Of a DNA stretch of 64,000 nt, positions 49,496-58,944 are shown piece after piece. The position numbers were made by a program, and so were the translations under genes. The stretch is from Thermodesulfobacteriota bacterium. Its GTDB lineage: Bacteria; Desulfobacterota_D; UBA1144; Nemesobacterales; Nemesobacteraceae. Position 1 is the stretch's first letter; every line of letters begins with the position of its first letter. The stretch spans positions 16,792 through 80,791 of the forward strand of contig OZ245933.1 in assembly GCA_965229995.1 (NCBI GenBank), written 5' to 3'. The notes under the pieces are model-generated. The model was not told where the DNA came from. It made no database searches and saw only the letters and a list, made by a program, of their open reading frames with translations.

Positions 49496-50992
49496 ATGTT
49501 CAAGAAGATACTGATAGCAAACAGGGGAGAGATAGCGGTAAGAATCATCAGGGCGTGCCGGGAGCTTGGAATCGCTACCGTAGCTGTTTATTCGGATGCC
49601 GACAGAGCCGCTCTTCACGTGATGCTTGCGGACGAAGCCTACCACATAGGACCGTCAAAACCCTCGGAAAGCTATCTGGTCGGGGAGAAAATAGTTGCAG
49701 TTGCCAAGGAATCGGGAGCCGAAGCCATACACCCCGGGTTCGGATTTCTCTCCGAAAACGATTCCTTCGCCGAACTGTGCCAGAAAGAAGGCGTAGTTTT
49801 CATAGGGCCGTCGGCGGAGGCAATAAGGCTTATGGGGGATAAGGTCACCGCGAGGAAATTAGCAAGAGACGCGGACGTGCCCCTTGTTCCCGGATCCGAG
49901 GGAGCCGTATCCGATGTTGAGGCCTCGAGGGTGGCGAAGAAAATCGGCTACCCGGTGATGATAAAGGCTTCTGCGGGCGGGGGCGGAAAGGGAATGAGGC
50001 TTGTTAATTCCAAGGAGGGATTCGAATCGTCCCTTCGGATGGCTAGAAGCGAGGCGTCTTCCTCTTTCGGAGACGATTCGGTATTCATAGAAAAGTTCGT
50101 TCAGCAACCAAGACACGTCGAAATCCAGGTTCTCGGGGACAAGCATGGGAATCTGCTGCATCTGTTTGAGCGGGAATGCTCAATACAGAGGCGCCACCAG
50201 AAGGTGATAGAGGAAGCTCCCTCGGGATTCATAAGCCAGAAGACAAGAAAAAGCATGTGCGAAGTTGCCCTTCGCATAGCAAAGGCGGTTGACTATTTCG
50301 GGGCCGGCACAGTCGAGTTCATAATGGATCAGAAGGAAAGTTTCTATTTTCTGGAGATGAACACCAGGGTGCAGGTCGAGCATCCGGTCACGGAAATGAT
50401 CACCGGAATTGATATCGTGAAGTGGATGATAAGGATAGCTTCGGGAGAAAAACTGCCATTCAAGCAGTCTGCCATAAAAATGCGCGGCCACGCGCTTGAA
50501 TGCAGGGTTTACGCGGAGGATCCCGCCACCAATTTTCTTCCCTCGCCAGGAATGCTTCATTACGTGCGTGCTCCAGGTGGTCCGGGAGTGAGGGATGATT
50601 CGTCTGTTTACAGTGGTTGTGAGATAACATCTTTCTACGACCCGATGCTCTCAAAGCTTGTCGTCTGGGGAGATTCTCGGGAGGAAGCGGTAAACAGGAT
50701 GCTTTCCGCCCTCAGGGAATATGTGGTTCTGGGAGTGAAAACCAATCTCGGGTTTCTGATCAGAATGATGCAGAACTCGGAGTTCCGCAAGGCGCAGATT
50801 GACACCGGTTTTATAGAAAGACACCCTGAACTTCTTGTGCCCGAACAATCCGATCCTGAACTTATACTTATGGCCGCCGCAGTTGCCATGAACGGTGGCT
50901 CAAACCAAATCGTGCAGGGAACGAACGGTACTTCTTCAGGCTGGAAGCTTTTTGCCAGAAGAATTGGCGTATCCGGGAATCCGCTTTTATGA
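49496..50992 (+). CDS. accC: Biotin carboxylase subunit (AccC-like)
   Basis: Start taken at the ATG at 49496 (MFKKILIANRGEIAVRIIRA). ATP-grasp and biotin-carboxylase motifs are present (GGGGKGMR, EMNTRVQVEHPVTE). 498 aa. Confidence 0.88.
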   Translation: MFKKILIANRGEIAVRIIRACRELGIATVAVYSDADRAALHVMLADEAYHIGPSKPSESYLVGEKIVAVAKESGAEAIHPGFGFLSENDSFAELCQKEGVVFIGPSAEAIRLMGDKVTARKLARDADVPLVPGSEGAVSDVEASRVAKKIGYPVMIKASAGGGGKGMRLVNSKEGFESSLRMARSEASSSFGDDSVFIEKFVQQPRHVEIQVLGDKHGNLLHLFERECSIQRRHQKVIEEAPSGFISQKTRKSMCEVALRIAKAVDYFGAGTVEFIMDQKESFYFLEMNTRVQVEHPVTEMITGIDIVKWMIRIASGEKLPFKQSAIKMRGHALECRVYAEDPATNFLPSPGMLHYVRAPGGPGVRDDSSVYSGCEITSFYDPMLSKLVVWGDSREEAVNRMLSALREYVVLGVKTNLGFLIRMMQNSEFRKAQIDTGFIERHPELLVPEQSDPELILMAAAVAMNGGSNQIVQGTNGTSSGWKLFARRIGVSGNPLL

Positions 50993-51480
50993 CGTACACT
51001 TTTAAACTGGGAAACAAAACCTACAAGGTAGGTTTTGAAGAAAAAGAAGGGCTAAGCCTCGTCAGCATCGACGGCGAGCAGAAAGAATTAGAATTTCTGC
51101 GGATAGACGAGAATACCTATTCGATTCTGGTTAATAACGAGAGCATCACCGTAGGGATATTCAGGGAAGGGAAAAAAATACAAGTTTTCCACGGGGGTGA
51201 CCTCCACGAAATAGAGGCTCTTTCTGGAAGGGATGCTTCCCAGGGAGAAGGCGCGGGAAGTCTTAACATAACGGCGCCGATGCACAGTAGGGTAGTGAAG
51301 ATCCTGAAGAAGCAGGGCGACAACATCGAAGTGGGTGACAGCGTCGTAATCGTCGAAGCCATGAAGATGGAAAGCGAACTTAAGGCCTCCGCTTCGGGCA
51401 GCATAAAGGAGATAAGGATTAAGGAAGGGGATACGGTTGAAAAAGACTCTGTTCTCGTTACCCTCTCCGATAGTGAATAA
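50989..51480 (+). CDS. Biotin carboxyl carrier protein (biotinyl domain protein)
   Basis: The C-terminal EAMKMES biotinylation motif sits in a lipoyl/biotinyl beta-sandwich. 163 aa. Overlaps the accC stop. Confidence 0.8.
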   Translation: MTYTFKLGNKTYKVGFEEKEGLSLVSIDGEQKELEFLRIDENTYSILVNNESITVGIFREGKKIQVFHGGDLHEIEALSGRDASQGEGAGSLNITAPMHSRVVKILKKQGDNIEVGDSVVIVEAMKMESELKASASGSIKEIRIKEGDTVEKDSVLVTLSDSE

Positions 51481-51505
51481 TAATCAGGGAGGAGGTTGTT
51501 TCGAC

Positions 51506-52660
51506 ATGAAAAGAATAACTATCCTTCTGTTTTTTGCCATGGCGACCGCGGCTGCGGTTTTCGCTCTTGTATCCTGTGACGAGGAAAGTGCCAAAGAGGT
51601 TCCAGTAGGTGTCGTCGTTCCTCTCACGGGCGAGCTTGAATCAACGGGCTTGAACATGAAAAACGGTATGGAACTCGCCCTTGAGGAAATTAACGAATCC
51701 TCGCTTCTTGAAGGGAAGAAAATCAGGTTCATCAGGGAGGATTCCGAAAGTACTGTGGAGGGCGCGCAGAGAGCGTACAGAAAGCTTATTGAACAGGACG
51801 GCGTGGTAGCCGTACTCGGTCCCTTTACTTCAACCTCGACCAGAGAGATTATTCCTATAGCTCATGAAAACAAAGTCATATCCTTCAGTCCCACCTCTGC
51901 CGCAAACGGTCTCAGCGCCAAAAGCGAATTTGCTTTTCGCGCTTCACTTACCGTAGAGCGTCTGGTGCCTAAGGGGGTGAGTACTACCAGGGAGCGTCTG
52001 CGCTACAGCAGAGTGGCTACAATAACAAATAATCTAGACGCTTTTTCCCAAAGCAATTTCGAGCAGTTGGAACGGGCATTTGACGATGAGGGAGTCACGG
52101 TTGTGAGCGAGCAGAGCTATACTCGCCCCCAAAACGAACCGTTTCCCGATCTGACCGACCAATTGACCGAGATAAAGGATGCGAACCCTGACGCCATTTT
52201 CATCTCGGCCCTGACGTCTGGACGCACGGGAATTATGGTTCAGGCCAGAAAGCTCGGCATAGAAGTTCCTTTTATAATGACCCTGCTCACGATAGACGAC
52301 GTGAACAAAGCGAACGATCAACTGCCTGGTGTTGCTGAGGGCGCGATTACCTTTACGGTCTGGCTTGCCGCCGTCGACACGCCGGAGAACCGCGCATTTC
52401 TCAGGAACTACCGGGGAAAATACGACGGCCAGGAACCCAATGCCTTTGCCGCACGGTCCTACGGAGCCACCCGTATTCTGGCCCAAGCTATTGCTGATGC
52501 AGATTCAACAGATTCGCAGGCGATTCGCGATGCGATGGCTGATGTCAGGGTGGATGATACAGTTTTTGGCGATTTCTATTTTGACCGTAATGGCGATGCG
52601 GTTTACGAACCGATTGTAGGAATAATAAGAGACGGCGTATTCGAAGTTTTCGGGCAGTAG
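51506..52660 (+). CDS. ABC transporter substrate-binding lipoprotein (branched-chain amino acid / Peripla_BP_6-like)
   Basis: Start taken at the ATG at 51506 after a GGGAGGAGG RBS. Signal peptide plus lipobox (AAVFALVSCDEE). Liv-like binding-fold composition. Confidence 0.7.
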   Translation: MKRITILLFFAMATAAAVFALVSCDEESAKEVPVGVVVPLTGELESTGLNMKNGMELALEEINESSLLEGKKIRFIREDSESTVEGAQRAYRKLIEQDGVVAVLGPFTSTSTREIIPIAHENKVISFSPTSAANGLSAKSEFAFRASLTVERLVPKGVSTTRERLRYSRVATITNNLDAFSQSNFEQLERAFDDEGVTVVSEQSYTRPQNEPFPDLTDQLTEIKDANPDAIFISALTSGRTGIMVQARKLGIEVPFIMTLLTIDDVNKANDQLPGVAEGAITFTVWLAAVDTPENRAFLRNYRGKYDGQEPNAFAARSYGATRILAQAIADADSTDSQAIRDAMADVRVDDTVFGDFYFDRNGDAVYEPIVGIIRDGVFEVFGQ

Positions 52661-52749
52661 TCAGCTCAGCATGCTCAACTCTACTCTTTCCGCTTGCGGG
52701 CGGTTTTCATGAAATAATCCGCAAGAGGCGAAGGTTTTAAACTGTTATT

Positions 52750-54366
52750 ATGAAAATATTGAAAAGTTTTTTTCTGGTTTTCTGCGTTTTACTTTTTGTC
52801 TCCTGCGGTTCCGGAAACAAGGCCCCGGATGCAGAGGATATTTCCCGCAAAGATACGCTTAACATAAATATCGGTACCGAACCCCCCACTCTTGACTGGT
52901 CTCTCGCTACCGATGTTACGTCTTTTACGATCATAGATAATATAATGGACGGTCTCGCGGCGTTTAATGAAAAATACGAGCCCATACCCGCTCTCGCGCG
53001 GAGCTGGGGGATAAGCGAGGACGGAAAAACCTATACTTTCAAAATAAGGGGAAAAGTTTTCTGGACGGACGGAGTGCCGCTTAAGGCCGGGGATTTTATT
53101 TATTCATGGAAAAGGATCCTTAAGCCCGAAACCGCAGGAAGTTATGCCTATTTTCTTTTTGACATACAAAACGCCAGAAAATTCAATTCCGGGGAGATAA
53201 AGGATTTCAGTAAAGTCGGGGTAAAAGCCCCGGATGACCGCACTCTTATCGTTACTCTTGAAAGACCGAGGGCCTATTTTTTGAACCTCGTCACTTTCAT
53301 GTCCACTTTTCCGATGAGAAAGGATATTGCCGAAAAATACGGAACCAAGTGGACGGAAGCCGCGAACATAGTGACCCTGGGCCCCTACAGACTGAAAGAA
53401 TGGGAGCACCATGAGAAAGTTCTTATTGAAGAGTATGAGAACTACTGGGGAGAGAAGCCGAAAAGTGCGAAGAAAGTAAAGATGATAATGAACGAAAATC
53501 CTGTATCCACTCTCGCGCTTTATGAAAGCGGAGAGCTCGATTTTCTTGACAGCAAAGGAATTCCACTGCTTGAAGTTCCAAGGCTTGTGAAACTTCCGGA
53601 TTTTAAGCAGAGCGTGGTTTTCAGAAACAACTACATAGGATTCAACACTAAAAAAGCCCCGTTTGACAATCCTCTAGTGAGAAAGGCTTTCGCAAGCTCA
53701 ATAGACAGAAAAAGCCTCGCTGGACTTCTCCAAGGGGCGGGAGTGCCCATCACTTCATGGATACCGATCGACATGCTTGCCTACAACCCCCGGATTGGTC
53801 TTCCGTTTGATGCGCAAAAGGCGAGAAAATTTCTTGAGATGGCCGGCTATCCGAACGGAAAAGATTTTCCGCAGACAACTTTTCTTTACCCTGATACCGG
53901 AAACAACAGAATTGTCGCCGAGGCGTTCCAGGGGATGTGGAAGGAGCACCTGGGCATCGAAGTCAAGCTTGTTAACCAGGAATGGACTGTTTATCTGAGC
54001 ACGCTCAAGACGGATCCCTCGCCCGTATTCAGAGCTGGATGGCAGGCGGATTTCCCGGACCCTCACAATTTCATGAACCTCTTTGAGTGCGGAAGCGGGA
54101 ATAACCGTACCGGCTGGTGCAGCCCGGAGTACGATCGGCTGGTGGAAAAGGCCGCCGGGATTCTGGACCGCAAGCAAAGAACAGGCCTCTACAACAGTGC
54201 TCAGAGGATTCTCGCGGAAACGGGCGTCCCGATAGTCCCTTACCTGAACTCAGTTCAGCAGAACATGATCAAGCCGTACGTGAAGGGGCTTGAACCCGAC
54301 CGCCTCAACTTTCTTTACTTCAGCAAAGTCAGCTTCGCGGATCCTTCCGCGCCCGGTGAACGTTGA
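52750..54366 (+). CDS. ABC transporter substrate-binding protein, family 5 (peptide/nickel/opine type)
   Basis: Lipoprotein signal (LLFVSCGSG). 538 aa with SBP_bac_5 architecture (N-terminal ...LNINIGTEPPTLDWSLATDV...). Confidence 0.8.
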   Translation: MKILKSFFLVFCVLLFVSCGSGNKAPDAEDISRKDTLNINIGTEPPTLDWSLATDVTSFTIIDNIMDGLAAFNEKYEPIPALARSWGISEDGKTYTFKIRGKVFWTDGVPLKAGDFIYSWKRILKPETAGSYAYFLFDIQNARKFNSGEIKDFSKVGVKAPDDRTLIVTLERPRAYFLNLVTFMSTFPMRKDIAEKYGTKWTEAANIVTLGPYRLKEWEHHEKVLIEEYENYWGEKPKSAKKVKMIMNENPVSTLALYESGELDFLDSKGIPLLEVPRLVKLPDFKQSVVFRNNYIGFNTKKAPFDNPLVRKAFASSIDRKSLAGLLQGAGVPITSWIPIDMLAYNPRIGLPFDAQKARKFLEMAGYPNGKDFPQTTFLYPDTGNNRIVAEAFQGMWKEHLGIEVKLVNQEWTVYLSTLKTDPSPVFRAGWQADFPDPHNFMNLFECGSGNNRTGWCSPEYDRLVEKAAGILDRKQRTGLYNSAQRILAETGVPIVPYLNSVQQNMIKPYVKGLEPDRLNFLYFSKVSFADPSAPGER

Positions 54367-54412
54367 GGGTCCGGGACGCTGTATGCGAGGCGGATACCCG
54401 TGTTAGAGTAGA

Positions 54413-54973
54413 TTAGTAACCATCTATTCTGCTGCCGGTTACCTTTTTCGTGTTTGTTGCGACCAGTTTTGCTATCAGGAGTCCCGCGAGAAGCCAAGCG
54501 ATCAGGATGTTAACAATGGTAACGATTACGTACGGAGTCGGAACCCCGAACCAGTTCCAGTAGGGGAAATGGCTTACAAAACCTATAGCTACTCCGACTA
54601 GGGCGACAAACCCAACTCGCCCCCAATAACCCAGTCCTGCCGTTTGGGAGAGCAGGCAGATAATGATCAGGGCGCTTATCAGGTCGCCGAAGAATTGGGT
54701 GACAAGCTGCTCTCTCATCCCGGGGTCGTAGCCTTCGGGAAGGGCGTTTACAAAAGCCGCCGTTTCTCCCTTCTTGTGATCCTGATGCGCAAACGGCAGG
54801 TAATAAACTCCGGCTTTAGGCGCATTTGCTCTTAGAACTTCGGCGACTTCGGATTCGCTGGTAAATTCATTGGCTACCATCTGATGCCACGGAAGAACCA
54901 TCCATGACACAGAACCCCAAGCAAACAGGATTACCCCGGAAACTATAACGGCAACCGTTTTCTTCAAGAGCAT
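54413..54973 (-). CDS. Hypothetical integral membrane protein
   Basis: 186 aa, about 4 TM helices. No recognisable family. Lies next to the IS element. Confidence 0.3.
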   Translation of the reverse strand: MLLKKTVAVIVSGVILFAWGSVSWMVLPWHQMVANEFTSESEVAEVLRANAPKAGVYYLPFAHQDHKKGETAAFVNALPEGYDPGMREQLVTQFFGDLISALIIICLLSQTAGLGYWGRVGFVALVGVAIGFVSHFPYWNWFGVPTPYVIVTIVNILIAWLLAGLLIAKLVATNTKKVTGSRIDGY

Positions 54974-55070
54974 TTTCCTCCCGGAGTTTTTTATCCGGTA
55001 GTTTCAAGTAGCAAACACTATTTTATGTATTTGACAAGAGATTTTGATAATTGTCAAGGATATGTCAATG

Positions 55071-56443
55071 GTACATTATCTGTCCGGTTTTGTAGCACGT
55101 GATTTGTCCGGTTTTGCGGTAGAGCGATTGTTTAGATTTATCTCTTCCATACAGGGAGGAGATATTGATGGATCAGGCAAGGTTTCTGCAAAGAGTCAGG
55201 ATGAACCAGTTCAAAAAAGTTTACGACAGATGGAAGCAGAAGAAGCTGACACAGAAAGAGGCGGCAGAGCAGCTTGGGATAACGGAGAGGACATTGCGCC
55301 GTTACATAGTCCGTTACAGGGGCGAAGGCACCGAAGGGCTTTTGGACCGTCGCCTTGGGAAGGTGTCACCCAGGCGGGCTCCTCAACAGGAGACCTCAGA
55401 GATGGTGGCGCTGTACAGGGATCTTTACCCGCAACGCAACGTAGCTCACTTCTACGAAGCTTACACCGAGCGCCACGGAGGCAAACGTTCCTATAGCTGG
55501 GTTAAAAGGTCTCTTTACCGCGCGGGGGTGGGAAGAAGACCCAGGGGCGGTGGACCTCACCGCCAGCGCAGGGAACGCAAGGAACAGGCGGGAATGATGA
55601 TACATCAGGACGCGAGCACGCACGAGTGGGTTTTGGGGAAGAAGTGGGACCTTGTGGTCACGATGGATGATGCCACGGGAGAGATATACAGTGCTTTTTT
55701 CGTTGCCCAGGAGGGGACATGGAGCAGTTTTCGGGGCGTAGGGGATGTATTGGAGAGTAAGGGGATATTCTCAAGTTTTTACAGTGACAGGGGTTCTCAC
55801 TACTGGAATACTCCTGTGGCTGGGGGGCGTGTGGACAAGGAGAACCCGACGCAGTTCGGAAGAGGGATGATTGAGCTTGGGATTTTGACGATACCGGGAT
55901 ACTCTCCTGAGGCCCGAGGGCGAAGCGAGAGGATGTTCGAGACTTTGCAGGGGCGGCTGTGTGCGGAGCTGTCCGAACTGGGCATAGTGGAGATGGAGGA
56001 GGCGAACAGGTTTCTTAGAGATAAGTTCGTATCGGATTTTAACAGGCGTTTCATGGTAGCCCCCACAGAAGAGGGAAGCGCGTTTGTGCCGCTGCTCGGC
56101 GTGGGGCTTGAGGATATACTGTGTTTAAAGCACCAGAGGGTAGTGGGCAACGACAACTGCGTGAGTTACAAGGGGACGCGTCTTCAGATTCCACCGGTTG
56201 AGGACCGTTATCACTTCGTGAAGGCAAAGGTGATGGTGCATGAGTACTCAGACGGGAGCATGTCCATATATCACGGCAAGCGCAAAGTGGGAGAGTATGA
56301 CAGCGAGGGTCAATTGAAAAATGAAGGAGGAATAAGCAGACCGAAGGCCCACATAGGAGGATATCGCAGTTTCACATCACCCTCTTCGGGCTACGCCCTG
56401 CGAGGCTGATGTGAACAAAGCCAAACCGGACAATTGATGTATC
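55071..56443 (+). mobile_element. Insertion sequence (~1.37 kb) with imperfect terminal inverted repeats
   Basis: Left end TACATTATCTGTCCGGTTTTG (55071-55091). The right end, reverse-complemented, reads TACATCAATTGTCCGGTTTGG (56423-56443). This gives 17 of 21 identity with the shared core TGTCCGGTTT. A single transposase ORF lies between them. Confidence 0.75.
55165..56409 (+). CDS. DDE-type (rve/integrase-core) transposase with N-terminal HTH; IS481/ISNCY-like
   Basis: N-terminal HTH (LTQKEAAEQLGITERTLRRYI). DDE core D...D...E is consistent with an rve fold (HQDASTHEW..., TMDDATG..., SDRGSHYW...E). 414 aa. The exact IS family is uncertain. Confidence 0.75.
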   Translation: MMDQARFLQRVRMNQFKKVYDRWKQKKLTQKEAAEQLGITERTLRRYIVRYRGEGTEGLLDRRLGKVSPRRAPQQETSEMVALYRDLYPQRNVAHFYEAYTERHGGKRSYSWVKRSLYRAGVGRRPRGGGPHRQRRERKEQAGMMIHQDASTHEWVLGKKWDLVVTMDDATGEIYSAFFVAQEGTWSSFRGVGDVLESKGIFSSFYSDRGSHYWNTPVAGGRVDKENPTQFGRGMIELGILTIPGYSPEARGRSERMFETLQGRLCAELSELGIVEMEEANRFLRDKFVSDFNRRFMVAPTEEGSAFVPLLGVGLEDILCLKHQRVVGNDNCVSYKGTRLQIPPVEDRYHFVKAKVMVHEYSDGSMSIYHGKRKVGEYDSEGQLKNEGGISRPKAHIGGYRSFTSPSSGYALRG

Positions 56444-56569
56444 TTAAAAGCGGACAGTTGTATTTGCTATTAACAGGATATAAAGCGATTTCAGGATGAT
56501 ACTAAATAGTAAGTCTTAACAAGGGCGTGTAAGCTCTTTGCAAGAAACCCGTTGAAAACACTAGGAACT

Positions 56570-57640
56570 TTATTTGAAGTAAGGAATTATTTCTTTTGAG
56601 TACGTTTCAAGTGCCAGATCAGGATCAGGACTAAACCTGTAGAACAAGACGAAATTTCTTACCCCCGCGTCTATGAATTTCTCAATTTTCTCTATGCAGT
56701 CTTTTTTCGATCCAGTAATGGTGAAGTCAAGTATGGCTTCTCTCGGGAAAAGCTGTCCGAGCTGCCTGAACCTCTGCCTACCCTCTTCATCCGTCGGCAC
56801 TATGTTGAAGTAGTTAAGTCCGTGATATTCTTCAGGGATCTCAACGTCGTATCCGGCCTTTAGCAGTTGGTCCTGCATAACCAGTACGTACTTGAAGGGT
56901 TCAAGTGTCTTGTAGGCGGCATCAACGCTTTCTCCAAGCGAGGTAAATACCCACAAAGCGGGGTCGAAACCGTCATCAAGTGATCTTCCCACATTATCCG
57001 CCGCGGCCTTTATCTCCCCGAGATAACTGGAATAGAGATCGGGATTGAGATCTATCGGAAGCCAGCCGTCGCCCTTTTCCCCCGTCAACTGAAGTCCTTT
57101 TGGTGTGTGTGTGGCCATGTAGAACGGTATTTTGTTTCTCTCGTAGGGTTTTATCTGCAAAAATGCGCTCTCAAGATTGTAGAACTGCCCGTCAAAGTCC
57201 ACGGGCTCGTCGGTCTCCCAAAGAAGTTTCATGACTTCCATGGATTCTCTGAGTTTTGAAAGAGGTTTTCCCCACTCGATTCCGAACGCGTCAAGATTCA
57301 TGGATTCCCCGACCCCAAGGCAGAGCACTACCCTACCTTTTGAAAGCTGATCGACAGTCGCTAGCCTCTGGGCGAAAACGGCGGGATGCATCCTGTGGGG
57401 ATCAGAAACCGCTCCCAAAGCTATGTTTTCCGTTTTCATTGCCGCCGCCGAAGCCACTGTCCATGCCTCTGGGGCGATAGCTCCCGGCGCCACGAAAAGC
57501 AAGTGGTCAGGGTACCATATCATGTCGAATCCAAGCTGATCGGCCTTTACCGAAAAATTTACGAGTCCTTCAACGTCAGCTCCCGGCATCGGAGCTGAGA
57601 GTCCGAATTTTATTTCTTTTCCCATTGTGGGGCACCTCAT
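56570..57640 (-). CDS. LLM-class flavin-dependent oxidoreductase (luciferase-like monooxygenase; F420- or FMN-dependent)
   Basis: TIM-barrel LLM pattern (FGLSAP...GFDMIWYPDHLLF...). The likely true start is the ATG at 57625 (MGKEIKF), which is preceded by AGGTG. Confidence 0.75.
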   Translation of the reverse strand: MRCPTMGKEIKFGLSAPMPGADVEGLVNFSVKADQLGFDMIWYPDHLLFVAPGAIAPEAWTVASAAAMKTENIALGAVSDPHRMHPAVFAQRLATVDQLSKGRVVLCLGVGESMNLDAFGIEWGKPLSKLRESMEVMKLLWETDEPVDFDGQFYNLESAFLQIKPYERNKIPFYMATHTPKGLQLTGEKGDGWLPIDLNPDLYSSYLGEIKAAADNVGRSLDDGFDPALWVFTSLGESVDAAYKTLEPFKYVLVMQDQLLKAGYDVEIPEEYHGLNYFNIVPTDEEGRQRFRQLGQLFPREAILDFTITGSKKDCIEKIEKFIDAGVRNFVLFYRFSPDPDLALETYSKEIIPYFK

Positions 57641-57685
57641 GGATAGTTTTGGAAGTAGATTGCGATCTCGGTAAAATTATTGTTG

Positions 57686-57706
57686 ATTTGCCGCTTAAAG
57701 GCAAAT
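57686..57706. promoter_or_regulatory. Palindrome ATTTGCC-gcttaaa-GGCAAAT in the divergent LLM intergenic region
   Basis: Perfect 7-bp inverted repeat with a 7-bp spacer, about 30 nt upstream of the 57735 start. Confidence 0.3.
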
Positions 57707-57734
57707 AATCCAGCAAATATCCCGGAGGTATAAA

Positions 57735-58760
57735 ATGAAATTCGGAGTCGGACTCTTCAGCATGCAGACCCACAAGGATCTTTATTACGACCACGCGGAC
57801 CTTTACAGAAATTCCCTTGAGCACGTGAAACTTGCCGAAGCGGTGAATTTCGATTCCGTGTGGCTCTCCGAGCACCATTTTCTTGAGGACGGTTACTGCT
57901 CTTCTCCCCTCACGATGGCGGCCGCGATGGCCGCTGTGACCGAAAGGGTGAGAATAGGCACCGGAGCCTTGATACTCACGCTTCATAACCCCGTTAGGAT
58001 TGCCGAAGATGCCGCTACCGTCGATCTGATTTCAAACGGAAGATTCGATCTGGGAGTGGCAATAGGCTACAGAAAAGAGGAATTCGAGGGGTTCGGTATC
58101 CCGATGGTGCAAAGACCCTCGAGAATTGAAGAAGGTATAGAGATAATCGAAAAATGCTGGGAGGACGGACCTTTTTCCTACGGTGGCAAAAGGTTCAGTT
58201 TTTCGAACATAGATGTTACTCCCAAGCCTGTGCAGAGACCCATACCCATATATATAGGAGCTTTTGAGGAACCTGCCGTGAGAAGGGCCGGACGGCTCGG
58301 GTACCCGCTTCTTGTCGGTCCCGGGAGGACGGTTCCCATGATCATGGATACCCTGGAGTGGTATAACGATGAGGCTGAAAAAGCCGGTCGCGACCCATCC
58401 AAAGTGGAGCATGTACTGCTTCGGGAAACTTACGTGGGCGAAAGCACGGAAGAAGCCCTTACCGGCGGAACCGAGTACATAATAAACATGTACAAGTTTT
58501 ACCTTAGCCTCGGAGTCAAAATAGTGATAAGAGGAAAAACCATAACTGACCCCGACGACCCTTTCTTTGAATACATGGCAGAAGATCGTTTCATGATCGG
58601 CACCCCTGAACACTGCACTCAAGAGGTAAAAAAATATGCGGAGAAAACGGGAATCCGAAACATAATGTGCAGGATGGTTTTTCCTCAAGCCCCAAGCGAA
58701 GCTATAGCACACTCAATTGAGCTTTTCGGCAAAGAAGTGATTCCCGAATTCAGGTCTTAG
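57735..58760 (+). CDS. LLM-class flavin-dependent oxidoreductase (second, divergently transcribed)
   Basis: MKFGVGLFSM...FDSVWLSEHHF...: the classical LLM N-terminus. 341 aa. Confidence 0.8.
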   Translation: MKFGVGLFSMQTHKDLYYDHADLYRNSLEHVKLAEAVNFDSVWLSEHHFLEDGYCSSPLTMAAAMAAVTERVRIGTGALILTLHNPVRIAEDAATVDLISNGRFDLGVAIGYRKEEFEGFGIPMVQRPSRIEEGIEIIEKCWEDGPFSYGGKRFSFSNIDVTPKPVQRPIPIYIGAFEEPAVRRAGRLGYPLLVGPGRTVPMIMDTLEWYNDEAEKAGRDPSKVEHVLLRETYVGESTEEALTGGTEYIINMYKFYLSLGVKIVIRGKTITDPDDPFFEYMAEDRFMIGTPEHCTQEVKKYAEKTGIRNIMCRMVFPQAPSEAIAHSIELFGKEVIPEFRS

Positions 58761-58944
58761 CGGACCGTCTGACTTTAGCGCGCACGAAGAAGAGAGGTTC
58801 CCTAAAAAGGATAGATTCAGGGAACTGCCTGATGGATGCGACACCGTTCAGTTTCTAGGCAATGTCGACCCAAACAGCCACCCAAGCCGATTGAGGTTGG
58901 CCCTCGATTTTGATCGCCTAAGACAGCGCCCTGAACTTAATTCA

